This document shows, in pieces, positions 31,673-39,858 of a DNA stretch of 64,000 nucleotides; position 1 is the first letter of the stretch, and the number at the start of each line of letters is the position of its first letter. The notes beneath the pieces were generated by a model, which was not told where the DNA came from, did no database searches, and worked only from the letters and a program-made list of their open reading frames with translations. The DNA is from Vulcanimicrobiota bacterium (lineage in GTDB: Bacteria; Vulcanimicrobiota; Vulcanimicrobiia; Vulcanimicrobiales; Vulcanimicrobiaceae), in NCBI GenBank assembly GCA_963695225.1, contig OY968762.1, positions 1,280,001-1,344,000 on the forward strand. Direction: 5' to 3'. The position numbers were made by a program, and so were the translations under genes.

Positions 31673-32206
31673 ATGCGACCCTACTTCTTGAGCGTTTCAC
31701 TGGCCGTCGTGCTACTCGCGGGTTGCGGCGGCCACACGGACGACCAATCTCAGGCGACCTCCGCACCGACCGATGCCGTAACCGCTAGCGCAGACGATCA
31801 ACAGTCGGCAACGCCCGCAGCCGACGCGCGAGCCAAACGAGCGCCGGAGGCGACCGCGAAGCCCGAGTCTTATGAGCATCAGCGCCAACGTGAAAAGCGC
31901 GAGTTTCTCTCGAGCGTCGACGAGTCGATTAGCGGCGCGATGATCGCTGGCAACAAGTTCAAGTACGTTGGCCAACGCGTCGACATCCATTGCACCGTCA
32001 TGGACATCCCCGACCGCTCGTTCTTCAATGCGAACTGCGGGAGCGACGATGAATCTGCGGTGGTGGTCATCGAATACGATGCAACGGATCTTTCGCCAGG
32101 CCAAGCGGTCCGCATAATTGGAACCGTAGCCGAGCCGATGGAGGGCAACAACGCCATGGGTGGCACGATGCAGTTTCCGACCGTCAAAGCAGAATTCATG
32201 GAGTGA
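31673..32206 (+). CDS. Hypothetical lipoprotein with possible C-terminal OB-fold (element cargo)
   Basis: MRPYFLSVSLAVVLLAG|C lipobox, Ala/Thr linker, beta-rich domain YVGQRV...LSPGQAVRIIGTV. Confidence 0.75.
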   Translation: MRPYFLSVSLAVVLLAGCGGHTDDQSQATSAPTDAVTASADDQQSATPAADARAKRAPEATAKPESYEHQRQREKREFLSSVDESISGAMIAGNKFKYVGQRVDIHCTVMDIPDRSFFNANCGSDDESAVVVIEYDATDLSPGQAVRIIGTVAEPMEGNNAMGGTMQFPTVKAEFME

Positions 32207-32639
32207 GGGACGAACGCCGGACACATCTGGGCACGACAAGGTTCGAGATGCCGTCACGGCCTGGGACGTCCTGCAATTCGTTGGTCGTATGCATCCTCGT
32301 GTGTATTCGTGCTTCCGGTTCTTGACGCGCGAGTTTTCATGGGCACTCGTCGATGATGAGGTGAAGTCCGCCGTTGTGGGCTCTATAGCGCAGAACGTCT
32401 CGGCAGTCGAGGAAGCCCTTGATGTACTCAGGGAACTGGAACCAGAACTGATACTGACGTTTCCGCCAGAAACGACGGAGACGTTCGAGTTGTGGAGGCG
32501 ACTTAGGGACGACGCCGCCCATTGTGCTGACCGTCTATTTCGACAGGCAAGAGGCAATCGTAATGTCGCAGCCTACAGAGACGCTGACGGCGCAATAAAA
32601 TCGGATGTAATCTTGGAGCGAACCGGACATCTGGCTTAG
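32160..32639 (+). CDS. Hypothetical protein or gene fragment (element cargo), start uncertain
   Basis: Open frame in the AT-richer island; no recognisable motif. Confidence 0.35.
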   Translation: MARCSFRPSKQNSWSEGRTPDTSGHDKVRDAVTAWDVLQFVGRMHPRVYSCFRFLTREFSWALVDDEVKSAVVGSIAQNVSAVEEALDVLRELEPELILTFPPETTETFELWRRLRDDAAHCADRLFRQARGNRNVAAYRDADGAIKSDVILERTGHLA

Positions 32640-32649
32640 GCCTGTCACC

Positions 32650-32783
32650 CTACCGCTTGCGTGTGGCCTCCTGGGCGATTCGTTTGCGTTCTTCGGGCGA
32701 GAGCGCCGTCACGCGCGCCACGCCACCTTTAAGGCCACCGCAACGGCGTAACGGCGTAAGGACTCGGGCGGTGGTTTTCCCAT
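32650..32783 (-). pseudogene. Remnant of a small basic mobile-element protein (GGLKGG.AR...LS.E.R..IA..A...RW type)
   Basis: GGLKGGVARVTALSPEERKRIAQEATRKR then TAG where Trp is expected; nearest ATG (32783) is out of frame. Confidence 0.55.
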
Positions 32784-32860
32784 ACGCCGCCCGAGGTCGA
32801 CCCCCGCGCTGTTTTCGCATTCGGCGCTCGGGCGTCGGGTTGACTTCCGGGCACGTTCCA

Positions 32861-32875
32861 GTCACGTTTTGGGCA
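32861..32875 (+). repeat. GTCACGTTTTGGGCA copy 2 (putative integrase arm-type site)
   Basis: Identical to 30594-30608; preceded by a related GGCACGTT. Confidence 0.75.
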
Positions 32876-32890
32876 TGAGACCTGCTGGGA

Positions 32891-32983
32891 AAGCCGAGGG
32901 AAGCCGGGGGAAGCCGAAGGTAGCCGAGGAAAGTGTCTTCATCTAATGGGCCATTTTTCGCTTCCTCCGGCTGCCTCCGGCTA
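32891..32983. repeat. 10-bp phased WAGCCGRRGR repeats (four forward, two inverted)
   Basis: aagccgaggg aagccggggg aagccgaagg tagccgagga (32891-32930); cctccggctg cctccggcta (32964-32983). Confidence 0.75.
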
Positions 32984-34226
32984 CCCCCCAATCACGGCTG
33001 GAAAACGCGTCTTCGACCCGGTCCATCATTTCATCGAACTCGAAGATGCCGAGGTCGCCCTCCTGGACGCGGCGCCCCTCCAACGGCTGCGGCGCTTGCG
33101 GCAACTCGGCCTCGCGTACCTCGCATTCCCCGCCGCCGAGCACTCCCGTTTCACGCACGCGCTCGGAGCGCTCGCGGTCGGCGAGCGCATCGTGCAAGTG
33201 CTGCGCCGGCACGGCGAGTACTTCCGCGACGAGGCCGATTTCCAGGCGCAGCGACGCCTGCTCCGCGCAGCCCTGCTGCTGCACGACGTCGGGCATGGGC
33301 CGTTCAGCCACGCGAGCGAGGCGACGCTCGGCGTGCACCACGAACGCCGCACGCGCGAGATCGTCGGCATGCCCGAGATGCGGCGGGCAATCGCGCGCCT
33401 GGAGATCGAACCGCGAGATCTCGTCGCGCTGGTCGCGGGGGAAGGCGAAGTCCGCTATCCCGTTCTCAAGGAGATCGTCAGCGGCCCGAACCTCGACGCC
33501 GACCGCATGGACTACCTCTTGCGCGACGGCTACTTCACGGGCGTGGTCAGCGGCCGCTACGACGCCGAACAGTTGATCGGCTCGCTGCGCGTCTACGAGC
33601 GCGGCGGCGCGCTCGCGCTCGGCGTCGACGGGCGCGGCGTCGTGGCGCTCGAGTCGTTCGTCTTGGCGCGCTACATGATGTTCGCGACCGTCTACTTCCA
33701 CCACACGACGCGCATGTTCGAGCGCGTGCTGCACGAAGCGCTCGCCGAACTCTGGAGCGACCCGCGCGCGCTCGACCCCATCGACGAGTTCTTGGCCTGG
33801 GACGATTTCCGCGTCCTCGACGCGCTGCGCACCCTGCGCGGCGAAGCCGGCCGCGCCCTGCGCGAACGCCGCACGCTGTACGGACTCGCCGGCGAGTTCA
33901 GCGCCGCGGCCGACCTCTCCACGTTCGAAGCATGCCGCCGCGTCCTGCGCGAGCGCTTCGGCGACGACGTCTGGGCCGACGCCCAAGAGCAACTCCTCCA
34001 TCGCCTCCCGCTCGGCGTCGAAGACGACGCCCCGACCGTTCTCGTCGGCTCGCGCTCGGGCGTCGTCGACGCCCGCGAAGCCTCCGACCTGATCGCGAAG
34101 CTCTCCGGAAAAGCCTACTGGCGCAAGCTCTTCGTACGCCGCAGCGGAAACAGCGTCGAGGAAGCGCGCGAACTCGTGCGCGCCGTAGCAGCCAGACCGT
34201 CCCCCCAGCAACGCCGCCTCTTCTAG
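32946..34226 (+). CDS. HD-domain phosphohydrolase (SAMHD1/YwfO-like dNTP triphosphohydrolase family); current N-terminus comes from the element
   Basis: DPVH, QRLRRLRQLG, EHSRFTHALG, LLHDVGHGPFSH, LDADRMDYLLRD, VYFH motifs. Confidence 0.9.
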   Translation: MGHFSLPPAASGYPPITAGKRVFDPVHHFIELEDAEVALLDAAPLQRLRRLRQLGLAYLAFPAAEHSRFTHALGALAVGERIVQVLRRHGEYFRDEADFQAQRRLLRAALLLHDVGHGPFSHASEATLGVHHERRTREIVGMPEMRRAIARLEIEPRDLVALVAGEGEVRYPVLKEIVSGPNLDADRMDYLLRDGYFTGVVSGRYDAEQLIGSLRVYERGGALALGVDGRGVVALESFVLARYMMFATVYFHHTTRMFERVLHEALAELWSDPRALDPIDEFLAWDDFRVLDALRTLRGEAGRALRERRTLYGLAGEFSAAADLSTFEACRRVLRERFGDDVWADAQEQLLHRLPLGVEDDAPTVLVGSRSGVVDAREASDLIAKLSGKAYWRKLFVRRSGNSVEEARELVRAVAARPSPQQRRLF

Positions 34227-34332
34227 CCGCGCAGGAGGCTCCCGCTCGCGCGGGCCAAGCGGCCGAACCGCGGCCTGCGGCGCAACCCCGTCCGGAACGC
34301 GTGCGGAATCCCCGCTCCGTAGTACCCGCTCA

Positions 34333-34363
34333 GGACGAAAATCGGACGCCCGCCGGTTATCGT
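34333..34363 (+). promoter_or_regulatory. Putative SARP box and -10 element of the S53 gene
   Basis: GGACGA-aaatc-GGACGC-N8-TATCGT-N6-ATG. Confidence 0.7.
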
Positions 34364-34369
34364 CGAGGG

Positions 34370-35971
34370 ATGGTGCATGAGAAGCGAGGCAGCGAAGAGA
34401 TCGACGTCACCCTGTGGTTGCGACCGCGCCGAGGCGGGAAGCTTTGCCCCGAGCGCGCCTTCGAAATCGGCCGGATGCTTCCCGCGCAGCGGCAGTATCT
34501 GACCCGCGACGCGCTCGACGAGCAGTACGGGCCGGACCCCGCGGATGTCGACGAAGTTTGCAAGATCCTGACGGCCTCGTACGGCCTGCGGACGGCATGG
34601 CGGCGCTGGCGGGCCCTCCGCGTGACGGGCGTGCCGGCGGCGTTTCGGAAGCTGCAGGCGGACCTCGAGCACGAAAAGGCGCGGCTCGCGAGCGCCGCGA
34701 CGCCGCTCGGGCGCGGCGAGGATGCGCGCGAGGCGGACGGCTCGTTCCTCGCGCGTACCGTGATCGACCTCTTCGGCTTGGACGAAGCACCGGAGGCCGC
34801 TCAACCGGCGGCCACCGTGCCGCGCCGGGGTGCAAGACCCTCGGAACCGGCGGCCGCCGGCCGTCCGATCCCGCCGCAGGAGATCGCGCGACTCTACGAT
34901 CTGCCGCCGGGGCTCGACGGAGCGGGCCAAACGATCGCTCTCATCTCGTTCGGCGGAACGTTCGACCACGCCGATTTCGTGGCGGGGATGCGCGCCTGCG
35001 GCGTCGCCCCGGGCGAAGTTACCCGCGAAGTCGTCGACGCCGTAGACCCGGCGACGCCGAGCGTCGAATTGACGATCGACACGCAGGTTGCGGGCGCGTT
35101 CGCACCCGGCGCGCGCCTCAAGATCTACGCCGCGAAAGATTCACCGCGCGGCTGGCTCGATGCGCTCGTCGCGGCGCTCGCCGATCGCGAAGCCGCTCCC
35201 TCGGTCATTTCGATAAGCTACGGGCAGCCGGAGGACGCGTTCACCGTGTCGCAGATCGCGTGCTTCGAGGACATCTTCAAGGCCGCGGCGCTGATCGGCG
35301 TGACCGTGATCGCGGCGACCGGGGATTCGGGCCCGACGCTCGGCTCCGGCGACGGGACGCTGTCCGTAGCGTATCCGGCTTCGAGCCGGTTCGTCCTAGC
35401 GTGCGGCGGGACCGAGGTCTCAAAGACCTCCGTCGGCGGCCGGCGGAGCGAGCGGGTCTGGAACGCCGGAGCGCACGAGACCACGGGCGGCGGTTTCAGC
35501 GCGCGTTTCCCGCTCCCCCCGTGGCAGCAGGCGCCGCTCTGCGCGGCCGTCGCGCGCTATCGCAAGTTGTATGGGGCCGAACCGGGGCGCGGGACGCCGG
35601 ATCTCGTCGCCATGGCGGCACCCGGCTTCACGCTCGCCTATAAGGGCGCAATAACGGCGGGCGGCGGAACGAGCGCCGTCGCGCCGTTCATCGCCGCCCT
35701 GATCGTTCGGATCAATCAACGCCTGGGCGGTCCCACCGCCGGGTTCTTCGCGCCGCTCCTCTACCAGGGCGCGGCTGAAGGGCGGCGTCTGTTCCGCGAG
35801 ATTCGCGAGGGCGATCTCCCCCCGTTTCGTCCTCGCGGGGGGGGCTGGGATCCGAGCACCGGCTCCGGTGCGCCGTGCAGCTCGGACGTGATGCACCTCC
35901 TCAGCGGTGCTTCGGACGTGCTAAGGGCCGCCGTGGTCGACCGGCGGTATGCAGCCGAACGCGTCGTCTGA
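34370..35971 (+). CDS. Sedolisin/kumamolisin (S53) peptidase with prodomain and no signal peptide
   Basis: ELTID (ExxxD), ATGDSG, YPASS, GGTSAVAP (catalytic Ser), GWDPSTGSG; an alternative GTG start exists at 34301. Confidence 0.9.
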   Translation: MVHEKRGSEEIDVTLWLRPRRGGKLCPERAFEIGRMLPAQRQYLTRDALDEQYGPDPADVDEVCKILTASYGLRTAWRRWRALRVTGVPAAFRKLQADLEHEKARLASAATPLGRGEDAREADGSFLARTVIDLFGLDEAPEAAQPAATVPRRGARPSEPAAAGRPIPPQEIARLYDLPPGLDGAGQTIALISFGGTFDHADFVAGMRACGVAPGEVTREVVDAVDPATPSVELTIDTQVAGAFAPGARLKIYAAKDSPRGWLDALVAALADREAAPSVISISYGQPEDAFTVSQIACFEDIFKAAALIGVTVIAATGDSGPTLGSGDGTLSVAYPASSRFVLACGGTEVSKTSVGGRRSERVWNAGAHETTGGGFSARFPLPPWQQAPLCAAVARYRKLYGAEPGRGTPDLVAMAAPGFTLAYKGAITAGGGTSAVAPFIAALIVRINQRLGGPTAGFFAPLLYQGAAEGRRLFREIREGDLPPFRPRGGGWDPSTGSGAPCSSDVMHLLSGASDVLRAAVVDRRYAAERVV

Positions 35972-36163
35972 GAGCCACTTGTGCACGGTCTTGCTGCGTT
36001 CGATCAGACCTGCGACCTGGGCGCGGTTCCGGTCGTCCACGGCGCCCGGGATCGCCTTGATCTTCTCGTGAAGATCGTCGATCGCTTTCGCGTGCGCATC
36101 GAGGTGCTCTTTGAGCCGGCTGGTGACGGCCGGGTCGCGGCCGTCCGCCGCTGATTTCGTCAT
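35921..36163 (-). CDS. Small 80-aa hypothetical protein, predicted helical
   Basis: GGGGGA Shine-Dalgarno; host-like codons; amphipathic pattern; dedicated promoter box upstream. Confidence 0.8.
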   Translation of the reverse strand: MTKSAADGRDPAVTSRLKEHLDAHAKAIDDLHEKIKAIPGAVDDRNRAQVAGLIERSKTVHKWLSDDAFGCIPPVDHGGP

Positions 36164-36193
36164 GAACGGTTCCCCCTATTCGACTGGCTATGG

Positions 36194-39100
36194 TTATGTC
36201 GATTCTAAGGGCGCGCTGTCCGAAAACCGTCCCGCCTGCCCATTCCCGGCGGTCTCGAGCAGCGTGCGATGGACGCCGACGCTCGAGAACGCTCGCCGCG
36301 TTTCGTCATCCGGAATCTCGCGCAAGTGCTTCTCGACCATGCCGCGCGCGCGCGCGGCCACCGCATCGGCCTCCTCCGTGCGGCCCAGACCGCGCAACAC
36401 GGCGATCGCGGCGGCATAGACCTCCGGCATCGAATCGAAGCCGGCCGGGACGCCGTCGAGGAACGGTAAGAGCCGCTCGAGCGTCTCCGCAGCCGCGCGC
36501 GTTTGACCCGTTCGAAACTGCGAGAGCGCGAGATGGCTATAGAGTTCGGCACCAAGGCGCTCGCCCGCCCCCGGCGCGAGGAGCGTAGCCGCTCGCTCGA
36601 ACGTGGAGCGCGCTAGTTCCTCGTCGCCGCAACCGCGCTGCGCTACCCCAAGGTTCACGAGCGTCGGGACGACTTGAGCCTGCGTGCCGAGCGTCGTCCA
36701 GAGTTTGAAGGCCGTCTCGCTCGCCGCACGCGCCCGTTCGAACTGGCCGCTGCGATTGTAGCAATGCGCGAGGTTCACGTGACACGAGGCGACCCCGAAT
36801 TCGTACTCGAGTTCCGACGCGGCACGCAGCGCTTCAGAGAACGCCGTCTCGGCGTCGTCGAAGCGGCCGACTAACGTCGACATGATCCCGTACTCCGCCA
36901 GCACGCTGTACGACTCCAGGCGATTTCCGAGATCCTCGAACATGCGGGCAGCGCGTTCGAGGAAATCGCGCGCCCGCACGACGTTCAATTGCCAAGCTGC
37001 GGCGGCGCCGAGGAAGCGGTAGCCCTGCGCCTCGCCCTCGATGTAGCCGATCGAGATGGAAAGCTCGAGCAGCTTTTCGGCGAGCGACGTCATCGCTTTG
37101 TAACGCTGCGCCATCATCTCGACCAGAATCTGCTGCACGATCAACTTCGCCCGCAGGAACCCCGTCTCGGGTCGCTCGTCCAGGGATTCCTCGGCATGCC
37201 GGAGCATCGCGCGGATCCCGTCGTCGTTCCGCTCGCTACGAAAGAGCCGTACGATCTCGAGCGCCGCGTCGACGATCCCCGACGTATCCCCGAGCTCGTC
37301 GAAGCGTTCGAGCGTCTGCTCCAGGATCGGCTTGGCTTCCGCGAAGTGCCCGCTCGCGAGCAAGTACGATCCCCGCGCTAGCGCCGCGCGCGCCTGCCAG
37401 CGATCGGAACGTGCGCGCTCCGCGAGCGCGGCGATCGCCGCCCGTTCCCGTTCGCGGTCGCTCACCGCGCGGGCGAAGGCAATGCGGCGCTGCAACGCCT
37501 CGCAGGCGAGTTCGTCCGCCGCCAGCGCCTCGATCCGCTCGAGATCCTCGCCTTGTTCGCGCCGGCGCCCCAGCCGCCCGAGGCTCTCCTCCCGCGTGAG
37601 CAGCAGTTCGAGCAGCGTCTCCGGCGCGGGCGAGAGGGCCAGGCCGCTCGTCGCATCCGCCACCGCATCTTCGTTCGCGTAGAGATCGAGCGCGCGCCGC
37701 GCCGCGAGCAAATGGAACGCGGCCGCGCGCTCGCGTTCGCCGCAAGCCTCCAAGTGATACGCGAGTTCGCTCGCGAGTTCGAGCTGCCGGTCCGGATAGA
37801 GCTCTTCGAGCGCGCTCGCGATCCGGCGATGCCGCTCGATCCGCTGCGCCTTGGGGATGCGCTCGTAGGCCCGCGTTTGAAAGAGCTGGTGCGTGAAGTT
37901 GTACGACGAGCCTCGCGCCGCGCTTTCGCGGACGATGTTACCGGCGACGAGTTCGGCCATGGCGGCGACGATCTGGCGCTCGTGCAGGCTGGTCAATTCG
38001 CTCAAGAGCGCGATGTCGAAACCACGCCCGACGATCGCCGCGGCTTCGACGAGCGTGCGAGCGGCCTCCGAGAGGCGGCCGAGCCGCACGTCGATCGCCG
38101 CCTTCATGCTCCCGGGAAGCCGTGCGGTATCGAGCTCTTCGCCTCCGGAGGCCGGTGCCTCCGCGACCTCGCGAACGAGCTCGCTCAAGAACAGCGGGTG
38201 CCCTTCGGTCGCCGCGAAGAAACGGCTCGCGAGCGGCGAAGCGGGCGCCGCAGAGGCCACGTCTTCGAGGATCTCGCGGACGTCGTCGAACGTAAGCGGG
38301 CCGAGAGAGATCTTGACGATACGCCCTTCTTGCTGCAGCCGGCGGCGCAATTCGCGGAGCGGGTGCGAGCGCAGCGTCTCCTCCTCGCGATAGGTCGCCA
38401 GGATGAGGACGCGAGCCTCGCTCAAGCGCCGCGCGAGGTGCTCGAGCAGCGAGATCGTGCCGGCGCCCGCCCAATGCAGATCTTCGATTGCGAGCAAGAC
38501 GGGCGCCTTCGCGGCGAGCGCCGCGAACGCCGCGACGATCGCTTCGAAGAGGCGGCGCCGCTCGGCCGCCGCGTCGAGCGGAACCGAGGAGACGCGCGTC
38601 TCTCGCTCGCCGAGGAGTTCCGGGAGCAGCGTCGCGAGCGCATCGCGGCGAACCGCATCGAGCTCGGCCGCTTCGATCCCAGGCGCCGCCTTGCGCAGCA
38701 CGTCGATGAACGGCTGATACGGAGCGGATTCGATGAACGACGTCTCGCCGACGAAGGCGATGCCGCCGCCCGCGACGACGTGCTTGGCGAACTCCTCGAC
38801 GAGGCGCGTCTTTCCCAAGCCCGCCTCGCCGCCGACGGCGATCAGGTTTCCGCGCCCCCGCACCGCGCGGCTCCAGGCCTGCAGAAGCTGTTGCAGCGGA
38901 CCGTCGCGTCCGGTGAACGGCAGCGCATCCGCAGGCGTCCAGCGCGCCCCGGCGACGGCCGCAACGGGCATCTCCACCGCAAGCGCGCTCCGCTTGACGA
39001 TGCTCGTGTAGACCGCGACCGTTTCCGGCATCGGTTCGACGTCGAGATCGTCGCGCAGCCGCCGCGCAAAGCGCTCGAACTCCGCGAGCGCGCCGGAACG

Positions 39101-39718
39101 GTCGCCGAGTTCGGCGCGCAGCGCGATCACGTGCCGGATCGCGTCCTCGCGCCACGGATCGAGCCGCAGCAGGTCCTGCGCGTACCGGATCGCGGTCGCG
39201 AAATCGCCGGCTTCTCGAGATTTCACGACGAGACGCTCGAGATTCTCGGTGTTTCGCTGCCGCAAGCGATCCCTCTCGTCAACGATCCACTCGTCGTCGA
39301 ACGCGGCCAAGAGGTCCCCGGCGTAGAGCGCGGCGGCATCGGGGAGGCGCGCGTCGTCGGCGCTGTAGGCGCGAAAAAGGTCGACGTCGAGGGTCGCAGG
39401 CGCTTTCGGGTTCCAGCGCACCGTCGTCGCGTCGGCGTCGATCCAAGGTTCGCGCCCGCTCGGCGGGAGCGCGCGCGTCACAAGATAGAGGTGTCTCCGC
39501 AGCGCGGCGCGGGCCGAGGTCTCATCCTCGTCCGGCCAGAGCGTAAACGCGAGGGTCTGCCGGTTCAGCCGTTCCTTCTGATGCAGCAAGAGGTACGCGA
39601 ACAGAGCCGCGGCCTTGCGCGGTCCCGCGAACTTGAGCTGCGTTCCGCCCACTTCAAGGCGGAGCGACCCTAGGAGGGAGATCGTGAGCACTGCGTATCG
39701 TGATTCCGTGACGGGCAT
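36194..39718 (-). CDS. AfsR-like large regulator: OmpR-type wHTH, BTAD, STAND/AAA ATPase and TPR repeats
   Basis: LLGSL..., LAFTLWPD, YAGDLL, DPWRED, VEPMPET; Walker A GEAGLGKT; Walker B LLAIEDLHW; GHPLFL; TPR-like tail. Confidence 0.92.
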   Translation of the reverse strand: MPVTESRYAVLTISLLGSLRLEVGGTQLKFAGPRKAAALFAYLLLHQKERLNRQTLAFTLWPDEDETSARAALRRHLYLVTRALPPSGREPWIDADATTVRWNPKAPATLDVDLFRAYSADDARLPDAAALYAGDLLAAFDDEWIVDERDRLRQRNTENLERLVVKSREAGDFATAIRYAQDLLRLDPWREDAIRHVIALRAELGDRSGALAEFERFARRLRDDLDVEPMPETVAVYTSIVKRSALAVEMPVAAVAGARWTPADALPFTGRDGPLQQLLQAWSRAVRGRGNLIAVGGEAGLGKTRLVEEFAKHVVAGGGIAFVGETSFIESAPYQPFIDVLRKAAPGIEAAELDAVRRDALATLLPELLGERETRVSSVPLDAAAERRRLFEAIVAAFAALAAKAPVLLAIEDLHWAGAGTISLLEHLARRLSEARVLILATYREEETLRSHPLRELRRRLQQEGRIVKISLGPLTFDDVREILEDVASAAPASPLASRFFAATEGHPLFLSELVREVAEAPASGGEELDTARLPGSMKAAIDVRLGRLSEAARTLVEAAAIVGRGFDIALLSELTSLHERQIVAAMAELVAGNIVRESAARGSSYNFTHQLFQTRAYERIPKAQRIERHRRIASALEELYPDRQLELASELAYHLEACGERERAAAFHLLAARRALDLYANEDAVADATSGLALSPAPETLLELLLTREESLGRLGRRREQGEDLERIEALAADELACEALQRRIAFARAVSDRERERAAIAALAERARSDRWQARAALARGSYLLASGHFAEAKPILEQTLERFDELGDTSGIVDAALEIVRLFRSERNDDGIRAMLRHAEESLDERPETGFLRAKLIVQQILVEMMAQRYKAMTSLAEKLLELSISIGYIEGEAQGYRFLGAAAAWQLNVVRARDFLERAARMFEDLGNRLESYSVLAEYGIMSTLVGRFDDAETAFSEALRAASELEYEFGVASCHVNLAHCYNRSGQFERARAASETAFKLWTTLGTQAQVVPTLVNLGVAQRGCGDEELARSTFERAATLLAPGAGERLGAELYSHLALSQFRTGQTRAAAETLERLLPFLDGVPAGFDSMPEVYAAAIAVLRGLGRTEEADAVAARARGMVEKHLREIPDDETRRAFSSVGVHRTLLETAGNGQAGRFSDSAPLEST
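36202..36232 (-). promoter_or_regulatory. Putative SARP box and -10 element of the small gene
   Basis: GGACGG-ttttc-GGACAG-N8-TAGAAT on the minus strand, inside the last codons of the regulator gene. Confidence 0.72.
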
Positions 39719-39858
39719 GCGCCGGCTTCGCGCCCCTCGTATGGGGCGAAAGTCCTGTGGATCATCTGATCCTTACAGGATATGCCGCTCGACGCAAGGG
39801 CCCCGGCAACAAGCCGGCGACCCGGCCGCAGCCGGGCGCCGGCAGCGTTGCAGCGCGC

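Larger units (their letters stand above)
30526..33017. mobile_element. Decayed tyrosine-integrase element (about 2.5 kb) inserted in the HD-domain gene
   Basis: Terminal direct repeats AAACGCATCTTCGAC (30526-30540) and AAACGCGTCTTCGAC (33003-33017); integrase remnant; visibly more AT-rich interior. Confidence 0.85.

Noticed and set aside
32891..32983. Short repeats as a CRISPR array
   Set aside because: 10-bp units without spacers and no cas genes; no CRISPR array was seen anywhere in the window.
32933..35971. 1012-aa ORF suggesting a giant S53 protease
   Set aside because: The first ~460 codons are an off-frame shadow of the HD gene; S53 has its own promoter-like box at 34333-34363.
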